The notes: generated by a model not told the origin, from the sequence alone. DNA of 64,000 nucleotides from Squalus acanthias (GCA_030390025.1 CM059432.1:100876001-100940000), one strand, 5' to 3'. Shown: positions 13,701 through 26,403, numbered from the stretch's first letter. Numbers and translations: made by a program.

Positions 13701-14838
13701 CTACAGGTGAACACTGAGCATAAACAGGTGAAGATTTCACTCATTTACAAGGAAGCAATGTTATTTTTACTTGGATAGAATTCAGCATGGGCCGGTGCTT
13801 CTTAATTTATATGCAATATCTACCTGAAGATATCTTCTTCAGGACTTCTTTGAATTGTCAAAAAATAAATAGGGTGGGCTTAATGGGCCAAATGGCTTTT
13901 TTCTCATTCAAACTGTTTATGTTCTTGCTCACCAGAATCACAGAACAGCATATAACTTAAAGATACAGCTGCTAATGAAGTAAATTCCAATGTTTCAGAA
14001 TTTGAAAAGGTCAAATGTGGATCAGCTTGAATCTGGTGCTTATTCTGAATAGACAAAGTTATTTTATAGTATTTCACAAATCAGATCAATTATAGTTGTG
14101 AAAAAATATATGCCATTGCGAACGCTTAAGCAATCTGCAATAACAGTTGACAGGAGGCATGCACATTATTGATCAGTTATACTCATTCTTTGGATCACAA
14201 TGGCCATTCACCAATTTGTAGACTGTAAGTACTGCATTAATGCATCATGCCAAAATATATTTCCATTTGTCAAAGAGCAATTATGAAGTGTTATGCTGTG
14301 GTGCTGTTGTGAACATCTGACCATGTTCACAGACAGCAGGAATTTCCCCCAACAGAGCATTTACAGCAACCTTCACACCAAACGTTTGCTGCCCACAGTG
14401 ATCCAGCTGGTATACAGACATAACTGGCACCCACTCAGTTTTTGCAGCCCACAGTACTTTAGTTTCAATATAACATTCATCAGGCATCTTACAATTGGCA
14501 GAGATGCAACACCATGTTTATATTATGCAAACTGCTCAAAATATGTTGAGAGATTATAAAAACGCACTTTGGGCAGGGAACTTCAACCACTGGGAGTGCA
14601 ACTTCATCAACTTGGCCCTACTGTGTCAACAGTAAGGGGGTTATTTTGGGGAAAGGGTGTAAACAGGGGCTAAGTGGGTGCTGTGCTAATAAGATGTGCC
14701 TGTTTAAAAGTCTGGTTTTAATCTGCCATTTTGGGGCTAATTGGTGATTACCGTGATTTAAACCTGCTGGAAGCGCTAAAACAGAGACACAAACACGCCT
14801 GCCAATACACTCATTCACAATCACTCTTACTCTTTCAG

Positions 14839-14998
14839 GACAAGATAGCACATGACAGATGCCAGCAGGACATGACCAGGGGAGAGGAAGCATGACTGCA
14901 TGAGATCATTCCCTTTGAGGAGACAGTGTTGGCGGTGATCAGGAGGGGAATAGCAGATGCCGTGGCCATAGGCAGATATGGGGACATCTCGCCGAGAG
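14839..14998 (+). pseudogene. Harbinger Myb/SANT gene exon 2
   Basis: tttcag acceptor and GTATGT donor; DKIAHDRCQQDMTRGEEA*LHEIIPFEETVLAVI matches exon 2 at 43671 (KVTYNRREQQQTG...LEEQVLEI); one stop; phase 1 joins in frame to 16871. Confidence 0.75.
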
Positions 14999-15148
14999 GT
15001 ATGTGGCCACTACAGTTTTCTTATATATCCACACCTATTCTTGATCACTAATCCTGAAACCTATCCTACTATCCTCACTCCCAAGCTCCATATGGTCTCA
15101 TCAGACACATCCTCCTATAGTGGCCACAGGCACTGCATCCCAGCCCTT

Positions 15149-16850
15149 AGAGTCATAACGACACAGAAGGAAGCCATTCGGCCCATCGAGTCCATGCCGG
15201 CTCTCTGCAGAGCAATCGAGTCAGTCCCATTTCCCCGCTCTATCCCCGTAGCCCTGCAAGTTTATTTCCCTCAAGTGCCTATTCAGTCTCCCCTTGAAAA
15301 CATTGAGTATGTCCGCTTCCACCACTTCCGTCGGCATCGAGTTCCAGGTCCTCACCACTCGCTGCGTAAAAAAAGTTTTTCCTCACATCCCCACTGTATC
15401 TCTTGCCCAGAAGCTTAAATCTGTGTCCCCTAGTCCTTGTACCATCAACTAGTGGGAACAGCCTTTCCCCGTCTAGCCTATCCAAACCTGTCAAAATCTT
15501 GTACACCTCTATCAAATCACCCCTCAACCTCCTTTGCTCTAATGAAAACAAATCCAGCTTCTCCAACCTGTCCTTGTAGCCAAGATCCCCCATCCCCGGA
15601 ACCATTCTGGTAAATCTCCTCTGCACCCTCTCAAGGGCCTTCACATCCTTCCTAAAGTGTGGTGACCAGAACTGGATGCAATACTCCAGTTGTGGCCTAA
15701 CCAGCGCTTTATAAAAATTCAGCGTAACTTCTCTACTTTTGTACTCAATACCTCTATTTATGAAACCCAAGATCCCATATGCTTTGCTAACCACTCTCTC
15801 AATATGTCCTGCCACCTTCAGGGACCTATGCACATCAACTCCCAGGTCCAACTGTCCCTGCACACTCTTTTAAAACTGTGCCATTAAGTGTATATTGCCT
15901 CTCCCTATTCCTTCTGCCAAAATACATCACCTCACACTTCTCTGTATTAAATTCTATCTGCCACTTGTCTGCCCATTCTGCTAACCTTTCTATGTCCTGT
16001 TGCAGTCGATTGGTATCATCCTCACTGTTTGCCACACACCCAAGTTTGGTGTCATCGGCAAATTTAGAAATTCTACTTTGTATTCCAATATCCTGGTCAT
16101 TTATATATATCAAAAAAAGCAGTGGCCCCAGCACTGACCCTTGGGGAACACCACTGTATATGTTTCTATGTCTACCATCCTCCAGTCTCAAAAACAGCCA
16201 TTTACCACAACTCGCTGTTTTCTGTCCTTAAGCCAATTCCTTATCCAAGCTGTCACTGATCCACTTATTCCATGAGCCTCAATTTTGTTAACCAGCCTTC
16301 TATGTGGTACTTTGTCAAACGCCTTCCTAAAATCCATGTAGACAACATCCAATGCATTCCCTTCATCAATCCTCCCTGTTACCTCATCAAAAAATTCAAT
16401 TGGACTAGTCAAACATGATCTGCCTCTTATAAATCCGTGTTGGCTCTCCCATATTAGCTTAAACATCTCCAAGTGCCCGCCAATTTTTTCCTTGATTATT
16501 GTTTCTAAAACTTTACCCACCACTGATGTTAAACTGACTGGCCTGTAGTTACTCGGATTGTCCTTACATCCTTTCTTGAACAATGGTGTCACATTTGCCA
16601 CTTTCTAATCCTCAAGCACCTCCCCTGCATCAAGGGAAGATTGGAAAATTATGGCAAGCCCTTCCGCTATCTCCTCCCCCAATTCCCTTAGCAATCTGGG
16701 ATGCAAACCATCTGGACCAAGTGACTTATCCACTCTAAGCATACCCAGCCTTTCCAGTACATCCTGTCTATCAATTTTCACCCCTTCCATTGCTTCTACC
16801 TTTTCCACTGCTACCAATATTTTGTCAGCATCCACCTCCTTAGTAAACAC
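15149..16850 (-). mobile_element. 5'-truncated CR1 LINE (RT + 3' tail) in the Harbinger Myb-gene intron
   Basis: ORFs 16605-16865, 16188-16601 (NYRPVSLTS, QHGF, YMDFRKAFDKVPH), 15835-16191 ([14 protein letters not shown]), 15279-15863 (LVRPQLEYC..FWSP); CR1 tail at ~15150-15200. Confidence 0.95.
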
Positions 16851-16870
16851 TTCTAGCTTTATCATTGCAG

Positions 16871-17823
16871 GCTCCCACGAGCAAAATCCACCTCGCCCAC
16901 CACAGGAACTGGAAGAGGTGGAAGAGCCACCTCACCGCCCGGAAGAAGAGGGGGTGGAGGAAGAGGAGGAGAGCGAAGAAGATGTCACTGCATCAATTGC
17001 TACCGCTGTCGCAGGCACCAATTCAGAGACCGGGACCATGTGTAACTTAGAGGCTAGGGTAGAACACGATCCTCACAGTTGCCCGCACTGGGCACTAGTG
17101 GGCAGCAGCCACGCCAAGTGGAAGAGACACCACAGCTGCCACCTTGCCGGGGGGGCAAGGCTGGATACTAGTTCTGCTGTAGAGGAGTCAGATGAGGACC
17201 TCGCAGGGCCAAGCTTCAGAAGAAGGCTGATGGGTGCGACAAACCAAATGCTTAGTGCAATGGACAGCCTGCCTGAAAGCTTACGGGTCATGGCTAGGGA
17301 GATGGAGAAATCCACCTCAATCTTGGCCCGTGGTTTGACGCAGAGCCTGGAACCCATCCTCGCCAGCGTGGAGAGGCTGGTCAATTCCAGCCAGCGACCT
17401 GTGGAGCCTGACATCATGCAGCGTCTGATGACCGAGGTCGCAGCTTCTACTGCAGTCATAGCAGCTGCCATGGAATGCCAAACAGCTTCCATGGAACCAC
17501 AAAGTGCTGCAATGGAAGCCCAAACAGCTTTCATTGCACTACTACCGTCTTCCATGGAACGGCAAAGTGCTGCAATGGAAGCTCAGGCAACTGCCATGGT
17601 GGTGCTGGACTTCTCGGTTGAAAGGGGCTTGCAGAGTGTCTCAGCTGCCCAGAGATCTGTCGTCCAGCAGATCACTGGGCTGGCTGAACAGACGCCCCAA
17701 GGTAGTGGTGTGGGAATCATGGAGCAGGAACCTACTGTTCTCTCTCCGGATGGCAGCATTCATGCTCCCTCCCCCGCCATTACTCTTGCCATTGCCTGTA
17801 AGCCAGATGGCCCAGACTGCTGA
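16871..17823 (+). pseudogene. Harbinger Myb/SANT gene exon 3 (acidic + coiled-coil C-terminal region), long open frame
   Basis: ttgcag acceptor at 16865-70; open for ~317 codons; homologous to 43999-45091 (GTNSETGT, D.DL.G..FRRR.MG, L.AM.SLP.SL, V.RGL..V.AAQ.SV.QQ, EQEP.VLS.D.SI). Confidence 0.8.
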
Positions 17824-18273
17824 AGCCCATGCTAAGATTGTGCAGTCTGAGGCGGGGCCATTACAGCCCACAACCTCTCGAGCGCATTGCAGGAGGACAT
17901 CCGAACTGCCCTCTTCAGATTCTCAGCAGCTATCCACCTTTTTTGGTGCTGCCACTCGGGTTGCACTTCATAGAAGCACGAGAGTAGCCAAGAGCACTTA
18001 TAGGCTAGCCACTAAAGGTCAGTACCATGGTGAGTAGTTTAATATTTGTAAGCGATGTTGGTTGTTATGTTTTCATTGTTTGTTTTTGGTATAGACAAAG
18101 AGTGATTATGCTAATTGGGTAGTGGTGGAATTGGTGGTCTTTTTTATTGTGTGCTTCATGGAGAAGGGGTTGAAAGGATTGAATGCAGGTGGTGGATTGC
18201 TTGATGGATCCTCAGTCGTGGAAGGTAATGCCTATGGCAACAGTGCCTGAAGTCTGATCGTGGAGGATGTTTC

Positions 18274-18595
18274 TCAAAAGCGGTCTTCAATTAGATGGAG
18301 GAGAGTGTCCCTCCCAGGTGCGGGCCATCTACGTGGAACCCTCTGGCCCCCCTCATCTTCCTCCTTCTCCTCAACCTCCTCCTCCTCCTCTTGTGGGTCC
18401 TGAGCTTGACCCTCTGGCACAACTGCTGGTGGCAACGGCTGATTGCAGCAAATCACCACGAATCTGGAGTCCTGCTCGACCTCCTGTCCCTCCTCTCCCT
18501 CTCTCCTCCAGCAGCTGGTGCTGCTCTGTCTGGCCTCATCTCCTCCTCCCATTCCTTCACCAGACCAAGGGGAACCCCTAGCAAGATCCCCATGA
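18274..18595 (-). pseudogene. Harbinger transposase remnant with catalytic core deleted
   Basis: N-terminal MGILLGVPLGLVKEWEEE fused to C-terminal SRFVVICC...QPLP...EEEEE...LIEDRF*. Confidence 0.7.
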
Positions 18596-20330
18596 CCAAG
18601 CACTCCCTTTTTCCCGGTGACTCCTATAAGGTCTCCAATAAGGTACAGTAGCACAGCACTTACTCTCTTTAGATGAGGGCCTCAGAGAATTTTCGGAATA
18701 AATGTTGATCGAGTGTTGGTGAAGTCTTGACAAAGTGTCCCAGAAAGTCTCCCGATGTGTATCAAAAGTCCTCTTCAAACGCAGTGTAGACAGTCTATCT
18801 CCAGCAGCAAATGAACAGTGAAAGCTGAGCATGGCTTTAAGTAGCGCTCACAATCCTCACCAACAACTTCTTTACTCCTATTCAGCTGATGGCTGTTACG
18901 AGTGGTCGTTAACTGCAGCACTTGCCAGCAAAATGATGTGCAGCCTCTTTAATGAGCGTTAGCAACTACTGTAATTGATCATCAGAGCCTTAATCATCCT
19001 CGGGGGCGGCCATTCCTAGCGCCGCTTCAACTCCTTTACCAAGATGGCGTCTTGTGCTAAAGGCGGGCTAACCAGGCATTGCAGCTCAAGACCCTATCTT
19101 CACCACCTCGGAGGCTCTTTAGCGTCTAAAGTATCTGGGGAAGCTCGCCCCCTAAGAATCTAACCTGGCTCTAATCCTTAAGATTTCAAGGAAAGTTTTA
19201 ATTATTGTACATTCTACAAGGTAACTTTATTTCAATATCATTAGCTGCTGCTGAGCAGATTTTTCTGTGTTTGGAGTGATGGAGCTCTCGACCAATGTCA
19301 GTATAAGCAGGCTGGACAAAGGCAGGGATTGAAAGGTTTCTGTTTATCCAAAAATGGTAGCTGATGCTCTTCTAATTACCATCAATGCCACCTCATTTTT
19401 CCAGTCGTGCCCAAACTTGCTTTTCTCACTTTAGTTGACACTCTCCAGCTCCCATTCACCAGATCCCTGCTTTTCCAACTCCATTTGCTCACTTCCCTAC
19501 TTCTTGGACTCTGATCATCTGAGGCCATTCATTCATCTAGCTCTATTTGTTTATGTCCTTGCACTCCCAATAATCATGTCCCCAGTCTGTTACCTCTTAT
19601 TATTCTGTTCCTTCCTTCCCAAACTTTTTCATGAATTGAACTGCTGTCTTAAAGCAAATAATTTATTTGATGCTAATAAAATAATTGTTTTAATTAATTT
19701 CGTATATTTAGCATTAATAACTATTCACAATCTGTTTAAATTATATTATATTACATCAAATGCCAGAGTAGGGGTTGAGTGCCAGGCTCCAAACTCAAGG
19801 AGAGCAACAAGATGTCTGGAAGCAATAACAGCAGGGGTCAGTTGCTGGCTGGGACCAGAGCAGGGTCCACAGTAATCCAGGTTAGGAGTGCACAAAATTA
19901 TAGTGACATGACACAATGAAATATTAGAAAAGTCACTTCACTGATGGGGTCTTGCATATTCTAATCTTTAGAATTTTTGAAATAGTTAAGATATTTGGTC
20001 AGAGAGAGCACCAAAGTCAAAGAGCAGAACAGTATGTCACAGACAGGGTCAACTGGGGATTGATCACTATAAGAATGTAGAAGGAGGGCTGGAAGAAGTG
20101 TCATGATTTGAAAAAGAACACCATGGTAAAGCAAGTGTATCACCCTGCGTTGACATGGAAATAGAGAACCAATACGGTAAAGGAAGTTATGTCTCTGCTG
20201 GAGTTTACAAGTCAGATTTGTTCATATTTGGCCCACTCCCATACAATGCAACAGGATTTTTCCATGACTGGCCTTTGAGATGCCCTGAACGAGCAATTTT
20301 GTTTGGAGGGGTCGTTTCCATAAATACGTT

Positions 20331-21089
20331 GGCCCAGAAATTCCGTTCGCAGCCCTCCCGCAGGCGGAGGGCTGCGATCTGGAAAGATCTGCGCCTGGAC
20401 CGGAGGGCTCCCGGGAGGCGCAGAATTCCGTTGCTGTGCCTCTTCAAACTACCGTTGTGCAGGGCACGCGTATCCGAGGGACGCAGGCGGATCGCAGCGT
20501 CCCTGGGATCACGTGGGCCATGGGGAGCCAATCAGAGCAGGGAATCTCCATTCATAGATTTGACAGGAAGACCTGTCAAATCTATGAATAGAGATCAGCC
20601 CCAAAACATAAGTAAAACTTCAAATAAATAAAAAAAAAATCACATTTTTAAAATGACTATAAATTACACAAATTAACTATTTTAAACAAAAATTAAAATT
20701 TTTGAAAAAAATAATTAAAGTTTTTAACGGGGCTAAAAATAAACTTACCTTTCTTTAAAGTATTTTAAAATGATAAATCAGTGGAAAAACATTTTGTTTT
20801 TTTACTTTCTTAAACTATTAGCCTGGTAAAAGCAGGCCTTGCACCTGCTTTTCTAGGCGCAGCTGTTCCCGACTTACCTGGACTGATAAAACTGTGAAAA
20901 AAACGGAAGTTTCTGACGTACGCGCTGCCTATCCGGCGCAGGCGTTTGTCCAGTCAAGCCCTTTCTGCAGAGAACGGAAGTTCCGGTTTCCAGCGCATGC
21001 GCAGTGCATGCGTAAAACCGGCACTTCCGTTGGCCCTACGGGTGAGTACACAGCGCGTACACACCCGTAGGGAACGGAATTTCTAGGCA
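20331..21089. mobile_element. Harbinger-type MITE, hairpin-rich family, copy 1
   Basis: TIR ggcccagaaattccgttc / gaacggaatttctaggca (16/18 match); collinear homology with 50275-51018. Confidence 0.85.
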
Positions 21090-21607
21090 TTTATAAAATG
21101 ACAGCAAGGTTAAGAAAGACTGTACCACTTTCTAGCAGGCTTGCTCCTGTGTTTACTCACATCTACGTATAATAGGATTTTCTTGTGGATTTGGTTGAAT
21201 TCTGCAGGGATTAACCATTTCTTTAGAGATTGTTAATGTTGTGGTTTTCTTGAACTAAAATCATTCTATTATTAGCACAACAGTAAAGAAAAGGAAGTGA
21301 ACAACCCCATGAGCAATTTGTCCTTGTACCTAAAAAGATTAATCTTTTATGAACAAGCCAGAGTAGGTCCTTGTAATTTCTCAGCACTGACTCAAGAAAA
21401 AGTGGCCAGGTTGTCATTTTTGTTAAACAAAGAAATGAAATGCAAAAAATAAGCTATATGCAGACAACCCATTCATTTTTGTAATCAAACACGATCATTA
21501 CTAACTTGTGAAGATTGGCAAACGGTTCTAATCAGAGCTCCATCTCATCAAGATAAGAGCTTCTTTACTAGGTCCCCAATCAGACTAATGAAAAAGTTAC
21601 AAAAGGC

Positions 21608-21763
21608 AAGATACTGCAAATGCTGGAAATCTGAAATATAAGCAGAAAATGCTGGAAATACTCAGCAGGTCAGGCAGTATCTATGGCGAGAGAAACACTC
21701 TCGTTTATCTCTCCACAGATGCTGCCTGACCTGTTGAGTATTTCCAGCATTTTCTGTTTATAT
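21608..21763. repeat. Short palindromic element derived from Penelope terminal repeats
   Basis: cagaaaatgctggaaatactca.caggtcaggcag ... ctgcctgacctg.tgagtatttccagcattttctg inverted arms; same sequence as the outer ends of the 49440-51090 element. Confidence 0.8.
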
Positions 21764-22569
21764 TTAATGAAAAAGTTTGTTACAGTGACAGGTTTCCAAT
21801 ATTCTCTTGGATCTAAAAAACAATTTACACACAAATATTAGAATTTGATAAGCAAAGCACCAAATGGGAAACTTGCTGTACTATGTTACATATTCTATGC
21901 AAACTACTGACTGCATGAAAAACACATTGTGGCTGTGCACTTGATTTTATGCTATAATGCACTTTCCTCATAGTCTTTTAGAAGTTGCCTTGTACATCAT
22001 AGCATGCTTTTGTCACAGTACAAGACTCAGCACTGTGGCAAATTAAGATAAATTACAGAAACAAAGCAGGTACAGGAAAATGTACTCAGGCATCTATACT
22101 CTGTTGTTAAAAAAATGTGATTCCAGTGGCCAAGCAGCAGGGGAAAAGTTAAAGAAGGCAGTGTCCACCTGCTAAGTGTAATATTTTCCAAGCTCAAGAT
22201 TTCAGACATCTGACTTAGACAGTGAAAGAGCCTTTATGACCTGAATTATACCAACAAATTAAGAGACTGGACAGAATTTCAACAAGTAATACTGGACTGA
22301 ACCCGGGTACTGCTTTATCCCAATGGAAAAATTACACACACTAAAATCTACATTTAAAAAATGTATGTGTTGATGAAAAACATCTCATTTTGCAGTTTTA
22401 AGCTACCTTTTCTGCTGTTGTGGTGTGATACGAAATTTAAAATACTGTCAACTGAAACAGTTTTGCAAGGGGATCAGTTTTTGGTGACAATTGATTTTCA
22501 TGGCACTCTGTTGGAATTGTGTTTAATTCCAGTCTTTTGGGCCAGCTTGAAGTGCTCTCAGATGTGCAT

Positions 22570-22933
22570 AATCTAGGCTGACACTCCAGTACAGTACTGT
22601 GAGAGAGTGCTGCACTGTCAGAGGTACTAAATCGAGGCCCCGTCTTCCCTATCAGCTGGATGTGAGAGATCCCATGGCATTAATTCGAAGAAGAGCAGGG
22701 GAGTTTGTCCCGGTGTCCTGGCCAATATTTATCCCTCAACCAACATCACCAAAACAGATGCTCTGGTAATTATCACATTGCTGTTTGTGGGACCATGCTG
22801 CACATAGATTGGCTGCCGCATTTCCTACATTACAACAGCAACTACACTTCAAAAGTACTTAATTGGCTGTAAAGCGCTTTGGGATGTTTTGAGGTCGTGA
22901 AAGACGCGATAAAAATACAAGTCTTTCTTTCTT
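22570..22933 (+). mobile_element. Deu-domain SINE (SacSINE1/AmnSINE1-like), 5'-truncated
   Basis: Recognised core gatcccatggca...gaagaagagcaggggagtt..cccggtgtcctggccaatatttatccctcaacc, ending in aagtctttctttcttt. Confidence 0.85.
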
Positions 22934-23055
22934 TGCATTTGAGGCAGGGAACTCACAGGATGCCAGAGTTATCATATAATTAGTATCTGCTCAAGTTGTG
23001 CATGGCCAAGTCTAAAATACTCGTTCTTACCCCTTCTGAGACAACCTCGGAAATT

Positions 23056-25050
23056 CATAGAAACATAGAAGATAGGAGCAGGAGTAGGCCATTCGGCCCC
23101 TCGAGCCTGCTCCGCCAATCGATGAGATCATGGCTGATCATCTAAACTCAATACCCTGTACCTGCCTTCTCCCCATATCCCTTGATACCTTTAGCTTTAA
23201 GAAATATATCTAACTCATCCTTGAATATATTTAATGACTTTGCCTCAACTACCTTCTGTGGTAGAGAATTTCACAGGTTCACCACTCTCTGTCACTGTTT
23301 TTCAAATGCTCAGCTATTACATCCTTTATAATGGACTCTAGCATTTTCCCCACTACCGATGTCAGGCTTACCGGTCTGTAATTCCCCGCTTTCTCTCTAC
23401 CACCCTTTTTGAATAGTGGGGTAACATTAGCTACCCTCCAATCCATGGGGACAGTTCCAGATTCCATCGAATGTTGGAAGATGATCAGCAATGCATCTAC
23501 TTTTTCTAGGGCCACTTCCTTAAGTACCCTAGGATGTAGATTATCAGGCCCTGGGGATTTATCGGCCTTCAATACCGTCAATTTCCCTAACACCATTTCC
23601 CTGCAAATACTGATTTCTTTCAGTTCCTCCCTTACATCAGACCGTATGTTCTCCAACATCTCTGGGAGGTTATTTGCGTCCTCCTTTGTGAAGACAGAAC
23701 CAAAATATGCATTTAATTGGGCTGCCATTTCTTTGTTCCCCATTATAACTTCCCCCGCTTCTGACTGCAAGGGACCTACACTTGATTTCACTAATCTTTT
23801 TCTCTTCACATATCTATAAAAGCTCTTACAGTCAGTTTTTATGTTCCCAGCAAGCTTACTTTCATATTCTATTTTCCCCTTCTTAATTAATCCCTTTGTC
23901 CTCCTTTGTTGAATCCTAAACTGCTCCCAATCCTCAGGGCTACCGCTTTTTCTGGCCAATTTATATGCCCTCTCCTTGGATCTTATGCTATCCCTAATTT
24001 CCCATGTTAGCCACGGTTGAGTCACCCTTTTTGTTTTATTCTTATGCCACACTGGGATGAACAAATTCTGTAGTTCATCCATGCAGTCTTTGAATGTTTG
24101 CCATTGCCTATCCACCGTCAACCCCTTGAGTGACATTCCCCAATCAATCCTACCCAATTCGCGCCTCATACCATCGTAGTTTCCTTTATTTAAATTCAGG
24201 ACCCTAGTCTCTGATTCAACTACTTCACTCTCCATCCTAATGAAGAATTCTATCATATTATGATCACTCTGACCCAAGGGGCCTCGTACAACAAGATTGC
24301 TAATTAATCCTTTCTCGTTGCATAATACCCAGTCTAAGATGGCCTGATCTCTGGTTGGTTCCTCGACATATTGTTCCAGAAAACCATCTCGTAAACATTC
24401 TAGGAATTCCTCCTCCACAGTATTTTTACTAATTTGGTTAGCCCAATCTATATGTAAATTAAAGTCACCCATGATGACTGCTGTGCCCTTACTGCATGCT
24501 TCTCTAATTTCCTTTTAATGCCGTCCCCAACCTCCGTATTACTGTTTGGAGGTCTATATACCACTCCCACTAACGTTTTCTGCCCCTTGTTATTTCTCAG
24601 TTCTACCCATACAGATTCCGCATCATCAGAGCTAATATCCTTCCTTTCAATTGTGTTAATCCCCTCTTTAACCAGCAATGCTACCCCACCTCCCTTTCTT
24701 TTTTGCCTATCTTTCCTAAATATTGAATAACCCTGGATGTTGAGTTCCCAGCCTTGGCCACCCTGGAGCCATGTTTCTGTAATCCCAATCAAATCGTATT
24801 CATTTACCTCTATTTGCGCAGCTAATTCATCCACCTTGTTCCGAATGCTCCTTGCATTAAGACACAAAGCCTTCAGGCTTGTTTTTTTAACGCTCTCAGA
24901 CCTATATGAATTATTATTTACTGTGACCATGTTTGATTTAAACCGTTGAGTTCTTTGCCTTCTACTTTTGTTTTTCTCCTTCCTGTCTTTAGCTTTTATC
25001 CTTATTTCCCTTTCCTCTGTCTCCCTGCTCAGATTCTACTCCATTACGGC
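23056..25050 (-). mobile_element. CR1 LINE with intact-looking endonuclease region but RT domain deleted
   Basis: ORF 24448-24930 (LNARSIRNK, GITETWL, GGGVAL, VVYRPP) and ORF 23279-24472 (GDFN, SDHN, KSPGPD, NYRPVSLTS) jump at 23290/23291 directly to the ORF2 C-terminus and 3' tail. Confidence 0.92.
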
Positions 25051-26403
25051 TGGACCTACTTCTCTTTCTCTGATTCTTGCTTAAAAACCTGGCATATTCA
25101 GCAGTAACATAATTGTAGCCAATTACATGGAACTGAGATGAGAAGAATTGTGTTAGTTTCTGTACAACAGCCAAAGGCAGCTTTGTTAACGTAGTTACAT
25201 TTAATACTGCATCCCATTTAAGAGGATTTTCAATGGTGTAACTAGTTACATCTGGAGAGAGATGAGAGAGCTTACAGGACACAACTGAGAATATGAAAGC
25301 ACCTCCTGTAATTGTAATAATCCCTATTAAATTGAAACAAAGTAATATTTAAATGATTTAAATTTAATTTTAAAAATTTCTACGGTAACATAAACTAATT
25401 AATGATGAACACCAAAATACTCAGTTTGTTCCAATTATGAGGAAGGCTTTCATAACCCAATTAGCTCATTCATTCAAAGCAGAATGATTCTGTTGTTAGC
25501 ACACTGTTGTTTACCCTCAGTGGCCCACATTATAACCCATTCCAGACTGATGAGACAAAATCCTCTTCTTAGGCTCACAGCACTAAAAAGCTGTCAACAC
25601 TTTTTTCCTAAATTGACAACCCCATTCATGAGGCTAATGTAAAAAATGAAATAGCCACCCTAATGTTCAGGGGCTGTGTCTCTGAAAGTGGGGTTGAGGC
25701 ACATTACTGATGCACAGACATTGACACTGTGGGTTGGATTATCCTCCTTGATCCTGCCCCAAATCGGGTAGGATAGTGGCAGAGAATGAGGGAAATTTTG
25801 GGCAGTGAAACCTACCGCTGACACCCCACCTGACCTGCATTGCCCTCCCACTGCCCCTGCTACGACTGCTGCTTTCCACTCCTTCTCTGCAAATGGTCAT
25901 GGCAGGGGGCTGGGCCTGGGTAGTTTTCCTTTCCATCTGCCCATGTTACAGTTGTCTCCCAGGATCGCCATGGGGAAGGTGGTGGTAGACCCTTGGAAGT
26001 GGCAATAACAGCTTTAAGATGCCCCTATGGAGGGAACGGGATTTGTAGTGGTCTCTTCTTCTTCCATTTTGCCCCCAGCCCTTACATGTTGAAGTCCTCA
26101 GTCTCAGCCTTCAGTGGAACATCTCTTCCAATCTTAAGGGTTCATCAGCCCCTTTAATGTTACTTTCTTCTAGTCTTACTGAATCACTGGCCGAATATTC
26201 CCCCTCTGCAGGACGTGCTCTCTCTAGGTGGAAGCGATTCCACCGTGAGCCCCCAGGCCCCTACGTGATAAGTGACTTTCACCCCACCAATCTGGGCAAG
26301 GTCACAGTGGGGTAAACATGGAAGATGGAAGTCCTGCCCTGCCAAAACATCGCTGTGGGGAGTAGAATCCTGACAATGTGTCCAAAGTGAAAAAAAGTAC
26401 TTA

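Larger units (their letters stand above)
14636..19152. mobile_element. Non-autonomous Harbinger transposon with nested CR1
   Basis: GGGGG...CCCCC termini (diverged TIR) flanked by TAA on both sides (14633-35, 19153-55), the canonical PIF/Harbinger TSD; contains Myb-gene exons on + and a transposase remnant on -. Confidence 0.85.

Noticed and set aside
16651..17823. 390-aa ORF as a single novel gene
   Set aside because: The first ~70 codons are antisense CR1 sequence; the meaningful frame begins at the splice acceptor at 16871 within a Harbinger element.
21161..21254. Possible minus-strand exon (ttttAG...GTGAGT)
   Set aside because: Two frames have stops, the open one has no CUB or Sushi similarity, and its length would shift the frame.
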